Source: Eledone cirrhosa
Lineage: Eukaryota
Reading direction: 5' to 3'
Assembly: GCA_964016885.1 (NCBI GenBank)
Contig: OZ024751.1
Location: forward strand, 42,780,001-42,844,000
Length of the DNA stretch: 64,000 bases
The notes under the pieces were generated by a model. That model made no database searches. It was not told where the DNA came from and saw only the letters and a program-made list of their open reading frames with translations. Position 1 is the first letter of the stretch. Every line of letters starts with the position of its first letter. Shown here one piece after another: positions 27,770 through 45,538 of the stretch. Both the position numbers and the translations under genes were made by a program.

Positions 27770-28625
27770 AACAACAACAACAACAACTACAACACCAGAA
27801 CCACCACCAACAACAATAACAACAACAGCAACAGCAACAACAACAACAAAAACAACAAAAACTTCAACATCAACAACTAAAACAAGAGCAACAACAACAA
27901 CAATAACAACAACAACAACAGCAACACAACAACGGCAACAACACAAACCCCAACATCAACAACTACAACAACAGCAACAGTATCATCAACAACGACAACA
28001 ACAAAAGCAACAGTAACAGCAGCAACAAAAAACAACAAAAACCTCAACATCAACAACTACAACAACAGCAACAACACAAACCTCAACATCAACAACTACA
28101 ACAACAGCAACAACACAAACCTCAACATCAACAACAACTACAACAACAGCAACAACACAAACCTCAACATCAACAACTACAACAACAGCAACAACACAAA
28201 CCTCAACATCAACAACTACAACAACAGCAACAACACAAACCTCAACATCAACAACTACAACAACAGCAACAACAAAAACCTCAACATCAACAACTACAAC
28301 AACAGCAACAACACAAACCTCAACATCAACAACTACAACAACAGCAACAACAAAAACCCCAACATCAACAACTACAACAACAGCAACAACAAAAACCTCA
28401 ACATCAACAACTACAACAACAGCAACAACACAAACCTCAACATCAACAACTACAACAACAGCAACAACAAAAACCTCAACATCAACAACTACAACAACAG
28501 CAACAACACAAACCTCAACATCAACAACTACAACAACAACAGCAACAACAGCAACAAAAAACAACAAAAACCTCAACATCAATAACTACAGCGACAGCAA
28601 CACCAACAACAACAACATCAACAAG
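27770..28625. repeat. (AAC)n tract containing about 13 copies of a 39-bp minisatellite
   Basis: Unit AACCTCAACATCAACAACTACAACAACAGCAACAACA(C/A)A at 28040-28580. Confidence 0.95.
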
Positions 28626-29206
28626 AAAAAGCAAAACAAACAAACCTCAAATACGAATCGTAAAAGCAATCAATGTCCACCATTTATGTCTTCTGCTAAG
28701 TCATGTCTCTATTGTTTAAGCTTCAGTAACACAGAAGAGAAGAGTTTCAATGTCTTTTATTGTTGTCCAGAGTTGACTTCAATACAACACAACTGTTTCA
28801 ATGATAGCTTTCAAAAGTATCATTTTAATTCCTTCTCTCACAGAACTATTCTCTATGAAGCAACCTAATATTTTCTCAGTGGTTACTCTCCTGCTAATTG
28901 CTGCCTTTGTCTAAAAGCATTAGTACCGTCTGGCATGTCACAAAGCATTAGTACTGTCTAGCATGTCAACATCCGAACTAGCAGAAACAGACACATACAC
29001 ACACACACACACACACATACACACATACACGCAGATACACACATGCACACACACACACACTCACGCACACACACGTACACACATACACGCAGACACACAC
29101 ATGCACACACGATATAACATAGAACATGGCAATGGCCATGTGGTTAAGAAGTTCGATTCGCGAACACAGGATACAGAGTTCGATCTCACAGTGCGCAACA
29201 TACTGT

Positions 29207-29258
<52 letters not shown>

Positions 29259-29297
29259 GTATACAGTATGTTGCGTACTGTATATATATATATATAT

Positions 29298-29486
29298 GTC
29301 AACTCAGTGCTCCTTTGGGAGCCCTTACATGGACACACTAGAAGAGGAGGACCAAGGTAAACGTATGTTGATGCCCTAAGGACAGACACAGGTCTGTTGG
29401 AGACGCAGGACATGGCAGCGATAATGAGGGATAGAGACTGCTGGAGAGAACTCGTCCATGAATCTCGGGAATTTTACCCGCCTTAG
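29298..29486 (+). mobile_element. RTE-clade LINE 3' fragment in (TA)n
   Basis: VNSVLLWEPLHGHTRRGGPR*TYVDALRTDTGLLETQDMAAIMRDRDCWRELVHESREFYPP* matches the RTE C-terminal pattern W.P...R.RGRP..T..D....D...DR..WR. Confidence 0.8.
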
Positions 29487-29491
29487 AAAGA

Positions 29492-29552
<61 letters not shown>

Positions 29553-29558
29553 CATATA

Positions 29559-30005
29559 TAAACGGAAAAAATGAAACGAAATTTCATTTCTCACTCTTAG
29601 TACAGCTGTTACTTAAATATTTTTTTCCGTTTATCGTTTTCGGTGCGTCCGGCCGATTAACTCACTCGATATGCAAATTAGGCTGCTCAGCCGTTAATAT
29701 GCATAAGGAAAGTATATACTTTCAGACGTTCAATCATCTGGCAGGAAGGTATACGTTGCTGACGATAGCTAATAAGCTTGAAACTAGTACAGCGTTCCTT
29801 TGTCAGTGTTGAACAAACGAGCAACGATGGTTGCTAGACACCGTACGGCTTAATTCGGGATGTTTGTTTACAAACACACCTAGCATTATAATAAATGTTC
29901 GGTGAATCCATACGTACATATATATATATATGTGTGCATGTATGTATATATATATACATACTACTGTACGTCTGTATACATATATGTATGTACGTATACA
30001 TACTT
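29559..30005 (+). mobile_element. family H7 ORF-less element of about 440 bp with a 5' inversion
   Basis: 29559-29620 is the reverse complement of tail 10446-10508; the body matches 10258-10444; flanked by TA. Confidence 0.8.
29753..29795 (+). ncRNA. minimal type-I hammerhead ribozyme (family H7)
   Basis: ACGTTG-CTGACGA-TAGCT AATA AGCTT-GAAA-CTAG-TA-CAGCGT: palindromic stem III, GUA triplet. Confidence 0.8.
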
Positions 30006-30368
30006 TTATATATATATATATATATATTGTTATACTTGGGGAGGGTCATATTTGTGTAATATTGCCAGAATTAATAACAGAACACACTCACTGTTTGGTT
30101 GGTTTACGCTTTTCGCTTCTGTGTCTTTTATATCGGCAATCTAACTTACTCGGTCCTCAATGTTGCCATTGACTGACCAACGGTCAAAAATAATACAGAT
30201 ACAATATAGACACAAACACATATATATAGTTTATCATAAATCTTTCGTTGCACATCTGCAACATCGTCAGTGGTGCTATCTTTTCCTCCTGTTGTATTGT
30301 ATGTCTACGCCATTTTTATTATATATATACGACTCTGCCATTTGATCGCCAAAAATATTTATATAACG

Positions 30369-30580
30369 ATTTCTAATTAAGGTTCAATGCCAGAAAATTT
30401 AAGGGATGGGCAAAGTTGATTGAATGAACCGCAGTAATAGAGTGTAACTTATTTTATCGACCACGGAGAGATGAAAGATAAAGTTGACCTCGGCAAGAGT
30501 CGAATTCAGTGAACAGAGAGCCGGAAACGAATGCTGTAAAGAATTCTATCCGACGTTCTAACAACTCTGTCAATTCAGCA
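30369..30580 (-). mobile_element. old SINE-A-related copy
   Basis: TTTTATCGACCACGGAGAGATGAAAGATAAAGTTGACCTCGGC. Confidence 0.65.
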
Positions 30581-30969
30581 TTTATTAAACGTCATGATAT
30601 ATAAATAAAAAATGGCGTTGTTAAAATGTCCAATAAACGTTTGATAGAGAAAGGAAACGAAATACCTTCCCATTTAGCATTTGGACATTAAAGCAATTTC
30701 CATGGAATGACCTTAATGGTGTGAAAATGAATTATTATTAAAGTTCAAATCGACCAATCAATCACTCTCTTAGCACATTTTATTCATGATCAATCATTGA
30801 ATCGATAAATCGATAATTGCTGATAACAATTTCATGGGTGTAAAGGGGAAGATGAACGTTTGTTCGGGTAAATCGTTCAAGTGGTATTGATTGTTTAGAG
30901 CAAATGATTCGAAAAGATATAAAGTAGATGGGTTGTTAACGACCATTTTAATGTATGAATATATATGTA

Positions 30970-31103
<134 letters not shown>

Positions 31104-31189
31104 TGTATATATATATATATATATGTATATATAAATGAATATATATATCTATATATATATATATACGTATATATATGTATATATGTATG

Positions 31190-31269
<80 letters not shown>

Positions 31270-31270
31270 T

Positions 31271-31321
<51 letters not shown>

Positions 31322-31401
31322 TATACATACGCAGATATTTATACACACCCACGCATATTTTTTATTTCTCTTTGTATCACCACACACATCTGTCTCTCTA
31401 T

Positions 31402-31467
<66 letters not shown>

Positions 31468-31589
31468 ATGTATGTATGTGTGTGTGTGTATGTGTGTGTA
31501 ATTAGACATGCTACATATACATACGTATATGTTTACTGCCCCTCTCACACACACATATATATCATAGCTATAAAATATATATCACATAT

Positions 31590-31858
31590 ATTTTCTTCTT
31601 TATCTTCCTCTTCGCCGCCCACTTTTTTAGGGGTGTCGTGTGGAGAATCCTCAGACACGCCTTCCAAAGGATCCTACTAAAAAAGACCGTCTCTAAATGA
31701 CCCGGTTCGATCCCAAGCGAGTCTAAACGAATTCATGGATGTTATCCAGACATCTTACTCGTGGTTTACCCCTCAGTCGCCCGCCATTGAACCTTGCTCC
31801 TAAAATTGTCTTGCGATTCTTTACTTAAACATGAGTTGTGATCTCTCGATTCTGACAT
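31590..31858 (-). mobile_element. RTE-like LINE 3' relic
   Basis: Minus strand reads KTILGARFNGGRLRGKPRVRCLDNIH... then ILWKAC, followed by a GAAGA-rich tail. Confidence 0.55.
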
Positions 31859-31864
31859 GTAGTA

Positions 31865-32262
<398 letters not shown>

Positions 32263-32345
32263 CAGTCTTTCTTTCTGTTTCATTCTCTTTACTCTTTCCT
32301 CCTCCCCCTCTTCCCCCTTCTCTCTCTCTCACACACACACACACA

Positions 32346-32436
<91 letters not shown>

Positions 32437-32507
32437 GATGATATGGGATCGATTGTGCATTGGATATCGAATGCTCTACTAAATATATAATATTATAGAT
32501 GTAGCAA

Positions 32508-32696
32508 AGGGCGGTGGATTGGCAGTATCGGTAGAGGGTCGGACGCCATGCTTTCCAGCATAGTTACGTCCCTTTATGATCTGAGTTCAAATCCCGCCGA
32601 GGTTGACTTTGCCTTTCATCCTCACGGGGTCGATAAAATAAAGTACCAGTAATGCACTGGGTAATTGCTGGCCTTGTGCCTAAATTAGAAACAATT
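32508..32696 (+). mobile_element. full-length SINE-A
   Basis: A and B boxes present; 14-bp TSD ATTATAGATGTAGC at 32492-32505 and 32694-32707. Confidence 0.92.
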
Positions 32697-32792
32697 ATAG
32701 ATGTAGCGAGATCTAGGCAAATTGATGTCTATTGAAACGTACGTAAGAACCGAATAAATCTCTTTTACTGCATCTTTCTGTTCTTTTTAATT

Positions 32793-32844
<52 letters not shown>

Positions 32845-32849
<5 letters not shown>

Positions 32850-33095
32850 TTCTATTTAAATTGTTGGGATACAACAAGCAAATATTTTTATAACTAATAT
32901 AAAGCACTCAACAAATAATTGGAGTAAAAATACGATATTAATAAATGGAAACTATATTTATAAAACCATATTTATTTCATTATACATATTTCAAGGACAC
33001 CAAGTTAAATTATGGTGTGCTTTCATCAGATAAAATATAATATAGAGCAGTTTTATAAATAAATATTGACATACCCTTAAAGAATGCAACCATTA
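32845..33095 (-). mobile_element. family H5 element with HHR at 32973-33037
   Basis: Minus strand: TATTTTAT-CTGATGA-AAGCACACCA..TGGTGTCCTT-GAAA-TATGTATA-ATGAAATA. Confidence 0.85.
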
Positions 33096-33148
33096 TATGT
33101 GTATGTATATATATGCAAACACATATACAATGTACATAATATAATACA

Positions 33149-33208
<60 letters not shown>

Positions 33209-33225
33209 GTTCTCGCCCGTATATG

Positions 33226-33282
<57 letters not shown>

Positions 33283-33283
<1 letters not shown>

Positions 33284-33401
33284 GGAACGAGTAGAACCCC
33301 GACGGCTGAGCTCAAGCCGTTTCGACGGCTAATTCTGGACGTAATTCTGGACGTAATTCTAAGTATTGAGTACTTTGGTTCCTTACCACATTTCCTTCGT
33401 T
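33283..33401 (+). mobile_element. deleted H1 element
   Basis: Left arm, duplicated loop TAATTCTGGACG, and a partial tail. Confidence 0.8.
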
Positions 33402-33433
33402 ATATAAATATATACACACACACACACACACAC

Positions 33434-33468
<35 letters not shown>

Positions 33469-34048
33469 AGTGTGTGTATATCAATCAAAAACATACAAAG
33501 ATGTAAGCGTTATGGTCTGTGGTGGCAGGCAGGGTCTGGGGTGGCGGGAAGGGGTACGAAGGTCAAGGAGGGCAGTAGGACATATGTTGACTGAATGCCA
33601 GAGAACGGAAAAAGATCGGGTTTGAATAGGTCAAATTTAATGGTTAAGATCTCCTTTTGTTGAATTTTCCTCTCTTCAAAAACTTGTATTGATGTGGACT
33701 GATCAATAATAGACAAGAGGTCTTTTATTGACAGCCAATCGATAATAGATAACTGACGAATAATAAAATTACACATTTAATAACAAAAGAGAGTGTTAAT
33801 TTTCGTCTATCTTGTTTCTTTATTTTTTTCCCCGATATTTAGTGTGTTTTTCCCGTCTGTTATTGTTGGTTTATTTTTGTATTTGTGTGTATTTAAAGCG
33901 GGAGATTAATAGCAAGATAAACGTTAGTTCTCGCCCGTAGCCTTCACCTATCAATTTCTCGTTTTACACAGACGTAGGCTTTTCACAAATACAAGCTTAG
34001 CTCTCACTGATATCTCTACCCCCTCTCTCTCTCCCCAATATAGTAACT

Positions 34049-34121
<73 letters not shown>

Positions 34122-34246
34122 TATCTATCTATCTAACTATCTATCTGTCTATCTATCTATTATCTATCTATATCTCTCTGTTTCTCTCTATTGTTTTCTC
34201 TCTACTTTTTTTCTGTAATTAACGATCTTCACTCTATTACATAAGC

Positions 34247-34313
<67 letters not shown>

Positions 34314-34315
<2 letters not shown>

Positions 34316-34366
34316 CAAAGAGGATGTGGTAAGATACCAGGTGAACCATAACGCACCAGAGTACTC
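34314..34366 (-). mobile_element. H1 tail running into the assembly gap
   Basis: AACAAAGAGGATGTGGTAAGATACCAGGTGAACCATAACGCACCAGAGTACTC. Confidence 0.8.
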
Positions 34367-34565
34367 NNNNNNNNNNNNNNNNNNNNNNNNNNNNNNNNNN
34401 NNNNNNNNNNNNNNNNNNNNNNNNNNNNNNNNNNNNNNNNNNNNNNNNNNNNNNNNNNNNNNNNNNNNNNNNNNNNNNNNNNNNNNNNNNNNNNNNNNNN
34501 NNNNNNNNNNNNNNNNNNNNNNNNNNNNNNNNNNNNNNNNNNNNNNNNNNNNNNNNNNNNNNNNN
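34367..34565. other. assembly gap (199 N)
   Basis: Run of N. Confidence 1.
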
Positions 34566-35238
34566 NTACATAACATATATACATACATGCACATCTCATA
34601 TATACAACCAGTGTATATGAGATGTACGTAAAAATACGATAATCTACTAGTTTTCTAGAAATTGTAAGTGGGAAATATATATATGAATGTATGTATATAT
34701 GTATATACGTATATATGTACATGTATGCATATATGTATATACGTATCTATGTACATGTGTATGTATATATGTATATATGTATGTATATATGTATGTATAT
34801 GTATGTATATATGTACATATGTATATATACATGTATGTATGTGTATGTATATATGTATATATGTATATATACATGTATATATATGTATGTATATATACAT
34901 GTATGTATATGTATGTATATATATGCATATAAGTATGTATACATGTATGTATATGTATGTATATATGCACATATGTATATATACATGTATGTATATGTAT
35001 ATATGCATATAAGTATGTATACATGTATGTATATGTATGTATATATGCACATATGTATATATACATGTATGTATGTGTATGTATATATGTATATATGTAT
35101 GTATACATGTATGTATATGTATGTATATATGTATATATGTATGTATGTGTGTATATAAGTGGGAAATGTGAATAATCTAATAGATTGTATATGTAATTAC
35201 TGTCATGTCAGACGGCGAAGTTGGTCATATCGTAGGAA

Positions 35239-35280
<42 letters not shown>

Positions 35281-35303
35281 CATATATTTTTGAATGTATG
35301 TAT

Positions 35304-35396
<93 letters not shown>

Positions 35397-35466
35397 ATAT
35401 ATATGTGTGTGTGTGTTTGTAGGTATATATGTGTGCATGTATATATATATATATAGAGAGAGGTGG

Positions 35467-35771
<305 letters not shown>

Positions 35772-35772
35772 A

Positions 35773-35823
<51 letters not shown>

Positions 35824-35939
35824 GTGTATGATCTATCCTGTCAATATATTATCTCAATAATTCCGTAGATTTTTTCAAAAAAAAAATGGCGTTAATTAGA
35901 TTCACTATCGTAACTTGGGAAACTTCATAGAAACAACTG

Positions 35940-35940
35940 C

Positions 35941-36019
<79 letters not shown>

Positions 36020-36935
36020 GTAATAATGGTAGTAGTAGTAGTAGTATTAGTAGTAGTGGTAGTGGTAGTAGTAGTAGTAATAGTAGTAATAGTAGTAGTA
36101 ATGGTAGTAGTAGTAGTAGTAGTAGTAGTAGTTGTAGTAGTAGTAGTAGTAGTGGTAGTATTATTAGTAGTAGTAGGTGGCAGTAGTGGTTGTAATGGTA
36201 GACATAGTCGTAGCAGTAGTATTAGCAGTAGTATTTGCAGTGGTAGTAATTGTAGCACATACGTATAATCGTTATGATGATGATGATGATGATGGTAGTG
36301 ATGCTCTTGTTGATAAAATGAAGCCTTAAAATATAGACGTAAATAACGTCACCACCACCACCGCCACCACCACCACCACCACCACCATCATCACCACCAC
36401 CACCACCACCACCACTACCACCACCATCACCACCACCACTACCACCACCATAACCACCATCACCACCATCACCACCACCACCACCACATTACCACCATCA
36501 CCACCACCATTACCACCATCACCACCACCACGACCACCACGACCACCGCCACCACCACCACCACCACCACCACCACGGCCACCACCTCCACCACCACCAC
36601 CACCACCACCACCACCACCACCACCACCACCACCACCACCACCACCACCACCACCACCACCATCACCACCACCACCACCACCACCACCACCATCACCACC
36701 ACCGCTACCATAAACCACCACCACCACCACCACCACCATAACCGCCACCACCACCACCACCACCACCACCACTACCACCACCACCACCACCACCACCACC
36801 ACCACCACCACCACCACCACCACCACCATCACCACTACCACCATCACCATCACCATCACCACCACCACCACCACCACCACCACCACCACCACCATAACCT
36901 CCACCACCACCACCACCACCACCACCACCACCACC
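35940..36935. repeat. (TAG)n tract 35940-36180 and (CCA)n tract 36349-36935
   Basis: Direct inspection. Confidence 0.95.
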
Positions 36936-37087
36936 CCTACAACAACAACAACAACAATATCGAGACCTCCTCCTTTTGATCTTCGTTACCATTTAATGCC
37001 AATCATTTGAGGAAACATTGATTTGTAAAATATGCTTGCATACATGTGTATATATGTGTATATACATATACATATATATATATATAC

Positions 37088-37153
<66 letters not shown>

Positions 37154-37154
37154 C

Positions 37155-37259
<105 letters not shown>

Positions 37260-37429
37260 TATATACATATATATATACATATATATATATTGTTATGCAT
37301 ATACCATATATGTTTATATATATATATATACATATATATGTATATATATATATATATATATATACATCTATATACATATATATATATAATGCATATACAA
37401 TATATATATATATGTATGTATATATATAC

Positions 37430-37461
<32 letters not shown>

Positions 37462-37476
37462 GTGTATATATATATG

Positions 37477-37552
<76 letters not shown>

Positions 37553-37630
37553 CATATTCATATATATATATACACACATATTTATTCATATATATATGTA
37601 TACGTATATATATATATATATATATACATA

Positions 37631-37698
<68 letters not shown>

Positions 37699-37714
37699 TA
37701 TATATGGTATATGC

Positions 37715-37777
<63 letters not shown>

Positions 37778-38107
37778 AAACGGCATCAATATAATTTGAT
37801 TTGATTTCTATAGAGTTAGATTCAGAGTATCATTTATGCAGTATAAAGTTTCCTGATTACTGACAGGTTTGTCTTTATTATTGGTGATTAGTAAAGCACA
37901 AACACGGCAGAGACTGTGATTTTCACAATAAATTGGATTCAGATAAAAATAAATCGCCATTTTAGTTTTAGATGTTATGTAAAATATGTGATTTGCCTTG
38001 CAGAAATGGTGCCACTCGTTTAGTATTCATACAAATTACGTAGTGATGTCTTATGTATGTATATATGTATAAATATGTAAGTATGTATGTATATATGTAT
38101 ATGTTTA

Positions 38108-38276
<169 letters not shown>

Positions 38277-38351
38277 GTTTGTATATTTATAGATATGTAT
38301 GTATATATATACCATATACATATATATATATATCTATGTTTATATACGTAT

Positions 38352-38398
<47 letters not shown>

Positions 38399-38449
38399 TT
38401 GCTATTTATAAATATGTATATATATATATATATACCTGAGATAGAGAGT

Positions 38450-38518
<69 letters not shown>

Positions 38519-38751
38519 ATGTATATTATAAATATAAAGAGTAATATAAATGTATGTATACATTTACGGATATGTGTGTATGATTATAGTTGAATGGTTA
38601 AGAAGTTTGCTTTCAAACCTTAAGTTTCTGATTCGATATCTGTGGTGAACTCAGTCTTTCCGAGTGAATTTGGATAGAGGGAACTAATCTGCAGCCCCGT
38701 GATGTTGATCGTAACTATATTTCACTGATTTATCTATCCATCTATCTATCC

Positions 38752-38813
<62 letters not shown>

Positions 38814-39385
38814 GTCGAACAACTGCTGTCAAGGGTGGGACCGATCCGGTTGACCACCGAGTCTATTGTAATGATCAAGCCGCCTCCCCCCTTCAAAGAT
38901 GAAGCAGAGGCGGTGTTTCTGTGCGTAATAGCCATGGCGAAAGAGGTTGTATGGTGGACGCGTCTGAAAGGACTGAGGTCAGGCACCTTTCTCTCTGGCC
39001 AACAACTGGTCCGTTTCTTCCGATATCATTTCGGAAGAAGGATCAGGATGGAGAGAGAGGTGCTGCACCCCAGTCGTTTTTATGAAAGGTGGGTGAAAGT
39101 GGCGAGAATGGCCCGTGTGAATGGGCCTTCTCTTTACATAGGCCTGTAGGTGGAAAAGAGGAAGGAACGAGGGAGCACCCCCTCTCTGTGCTCCTGAGGA
39201 AAAGGGTTGCACACTTTTTTCGGGGGTGTGTGCGACCCCCCAAGGCGCCTCCTCTCTATTGAGGATTTTGTTAAACATTTTATTTTTTGTTATTGCCTCC
39301 TCCTTATTGAGGACGCCTTTTTGTGTAAACTCCCCCCTTTGTACTTGTCCCACTTTTGATGCCCTAGTGGCAAATAAAAGAAACA
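38814..39385 (+). mobile_element. Tx1/L1-like LINE 3' end (ORF2 C-terminus 38814-39149 plus 3' UTR) inserted in (TATC)n
   Basis: Open frame ...VFLCVIAMAKEVVWWTRLKG...FYERWVKV... (AK..IW..R and F...W pattern of L1/Tx1 ORF2 ends); (TATC)n on both sides. Confidence 0.8.
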
Positions 39386-39522
<137 letters not shown>

Positions 39523-39789
39523 GTATATATATATATATATCCAAAATTAAGATAAATCAAATTAATTTAATCTTAATCAAAATTATGGGTGTCATGCCAG
39601 AAAGACATGCGCCATATCACCCGCAAAATAAGCTCTAAGATTCTAACGAGTAGGTCCGAGCATTTTATAATAACTAGAAATTAACATATAAATAAACATG
39701 AATAATCACAGGAGATAATTGGTTACACACTTGTAAAAATTATCTCCTGTGATTATTTATGTTTATTTATATGTTAATCAATTTCTAGT

Positions 39790-39842
<53 letters not shown>

Positions 39843-40046
39843 AAATTTAGTACAGCATCAACGAAGCCATGGATTGCAGCCAAGCTAACGAATGCAGTTT
39901 AGGTGTGCAGCTAAGCACTCGATACGGTATATAACCCTAGGGTTATAACATTACGTTTAGACAGCTTTGCAAAATGAAGACAGCGACCGATAGGAGGGCC
40001 GCAGTTACCATAGCCACAAAAAAGACTGAACTCAGGAAAAATTAGA

Positions 40047-40967
<921 letters not shown>

Positions 40968-41418
40968 TTTCAATGAGCAAACATGTCACAGGATTTGTTA
41001 TATTCATAGGAGATTGTTTGTGATTAGGAAGTGGAACATAACAGACTTTCCCGTTACTTGTTTTTCAGATTGTCTTGGAGAACAAACAAGAAACAAGGAA
41101 CAGATATCTTAGATTACCGATCAAAAATATATTTCCCCTATTTTTGCATGTATATATATAAATGTAGCCTTGTAAGTATCTACATGTTATTACTATGTAT
41201 ATCTAGCTACATATAGAATATCTAGTTGTTTAGATAGTGTGGCACAAGACGTCACTATATATGGAATGGTTGTTTGAAAATGTAAAGTCGGCCTGTTATC
41301 CATAAACGAGGTGATAGAAGTCTGAAGCTCAATTTTGATAACAAAGTGCATAATAACTATAATTTCAATTAGTATTACAATATAAAAATGTACTCGGAAA
41401 TGTCAAGACAGTTCATTC

Positions 41419-41474
<56 letters not shown>

Positions 41475-41584
41475 ATTTGTATACACATATATATATATAT
41501 ACATATATATATCATATATATATATACATATATATATATACATGTATATATACATTAAAATATACATAACTATAAATAGTATCC

Positions 41585-41626
<42 letters not shown>

Positions 41627-41646
41627 GCACATACATATATACATAC

Positions 41647-41680
<34 letters not shown>

Positions 41681-41929
41681 ATTATATAAATATATATACA
41701 TATTATATAAATATATATATATACATATATATATTTATATACACATATATATGTATATAAATATACATATATATATATATATACATATATACATACATAT
41801 ATATATCATATATATATATATATATATACATACATATATATATATATATTCATGTATATATACATATATATATATTCATGTATATATACATATATATATA
41901 TTCATGTATATATACATATATATATATTC

Positions 41930-43409
<1,480 letters not shown>

Positions 43410-43439
43410 TATATATATATGTATATGTATGTATATATG

Positions 43440-43518
<79 letters not shown>

Positions 43519-43758
43519 GATATATATATGTATATATATATGTGTATATAAATATATATATGTATGTATATATGTATATATATATATATATATATACATA
43601 TTTATATACATATATATATATATATATATAATATATATATATTTATACATATATATATATATATATATAATATATACATGTAAATATACATAATATATAA
43701 ATATATAAATATATACATGCATAGACACACACCCACGCACACACACACATACACACAC

Positions 43759-43797
<39 letters not shown>

Positions 43798-44029
43798 CAT
43801 ATATATATATATATGTATATTGATGTCACAATTAAAGACTTCAATGGTACAGAGCTGTTCCTACACCAATACACAAAGGCATCATTTTCTATTTATTAAA
43901 TCAATTAGAAGAGAGACACATTTGTAAATCTTGCATCATGTTGGAAATTGATGTAATTGTTGTTCTGTTAAAACATCCATAGATCGATACATGCAGTTTA
44001 TTTCTAGCTAGCAGCTGTGTCGAGATGTC

Positions 44030-44236
44030 GAATGGGTAAAGTCGTTAGAAGGACGGATAGAATTCTTTACAGCATTCGTTTCCTCTCAATGCTCTTTGAG
44101 TTCAAATCCCGCTGAGGTCAACTTTATCTTTCATCCTTTCGGGGTCGATAATATAAGTAACAGTCTATTACTGGGGTTTATTCAATCAGCTTTTCCCATC
44201 TCTCATCTTTGCTGGCCTTGAACCTTAATTAGAAAT
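44030..44236 (+). mobile_element. older SINE-A-related copy
   Basis: GAGTTCAAATCCC...CTTTCATCCTTTCGGGGTCGATAA...TTAGAAA. Confidence 0.75.
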
Positions 44237-44298
44237 CGTTATATAAATGTTTTAGGTAGTCAAATGTCAGAGACATATATATATGTATGTGTGTGCGC

Positions 44299-44388
<90 letters not shown>

Positions 44389-44479
44389 GTGTGTGTGTGC
44401 GTGTGAGTGTGTGTGTTCCCAGCAAAATACATAGAACATCAAACAGAATGTTCTGCGTTATTTGTTCTGACTCTCTCTT

Positions 44480-44510
<31 letters not shown>

Positions 44511-44564
44511 GACACACACATATATATATATATATATTAATAGATAGATAGATAGATAGATTGA

Positions 44565-44612
44565 TATGTTTATTTATTAGCCACAGGGGCACAAAAGAAG
44601 GGGACAAATACA
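44565..44612 (-). mobile_element. 3' tip of the (TATC)n-associated LINE
   Basis: Minus strand TTGTCCCCTTCTTTTGTGCCCCTGTGGCTAATAAA within (GATA)n. Confidence 0.75.
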
Positions 44613-44732
44613 AAGATAGATATATAGATAGATAGAAAGATAGATACACGCAAAAGGCAAACAGAAATAACAAAGCAAACGACACAGTATAATGAAGAAA
44701 TATATTATTTGTTTTACGCTTGATATATATAT

Positions 44733-44783
<51 letters not shown>

Positions 44784-45128
44784 CATATATATCAACCGTA
44801 AAACTGATTATATATATATATTCGTATGTATGTGTGTATTTATGTATCAGAGAGAAAGCAATAGAGAGAGAGGAAGCAAGCAAGAATGGAGAGTAAAGTT
44901 AAACGTCACATTCAAATTAGACAGGGAAAGAGTCAAAGATGTCAGCTTCTAGTGCCATGTATGCTGGCCTTTGGTCTCTTTCCTGACAGCTATTATTGCG
45001 AAGCGAATGTTTCAAGAGACACACTTAACGAATAAATCTTTATTCTACTTTGTTTCACCTTCAAAGCGTCATTCATATCAAGACAAGCCGCCCGATCAAA
45101 CGGTTGTATCGCGTCTATTATGGTATGT

Positions 45129-45226
<98 letters not shown>

Positions 45227-45460
45227 CGTGCGTGTGCGTGTGCGTGTGCGTGCGTGCGCGCGTATGTGCATGTGCCAGCGCGGTTTTTATATGGTTGTTT
45301 GTAAGCGTATATACTGTATACACACACCCATACACACACAAACACACATATATAGTATATATATATATATATGCTTATATATATATATATGTGGGTGTGT
45401 GTGTTGGGTGGATGTACGCGTATATATATATATGTAAATATATATATTTAATTTAATATA

Positions 45461-45512
45461 GAAATGAGTTCTACAGCACTAGGACGTTTTCATTCGTAAA
45501 AAATCATCAGTA
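45461..45512 (-). ncRNA. H2-related hammerhead core fragment
   Basis: Minus strand CTGATGA-TTTTTTACGAAT-GAAA-ACGTCCTAGTGCTGTAGAACTCAT. Confidence 0.5.
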
Positions 45513-45538
45513 TATGTAGGTTTGTGTATGTGTGTATA

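Noticed and set aside
39841-40050. TA-flanked 210-bp island as a PLE ORF fragment
   Set aside because: No HHR and no convincing GIY-YIG or RT motif seen in the forward frames examined.
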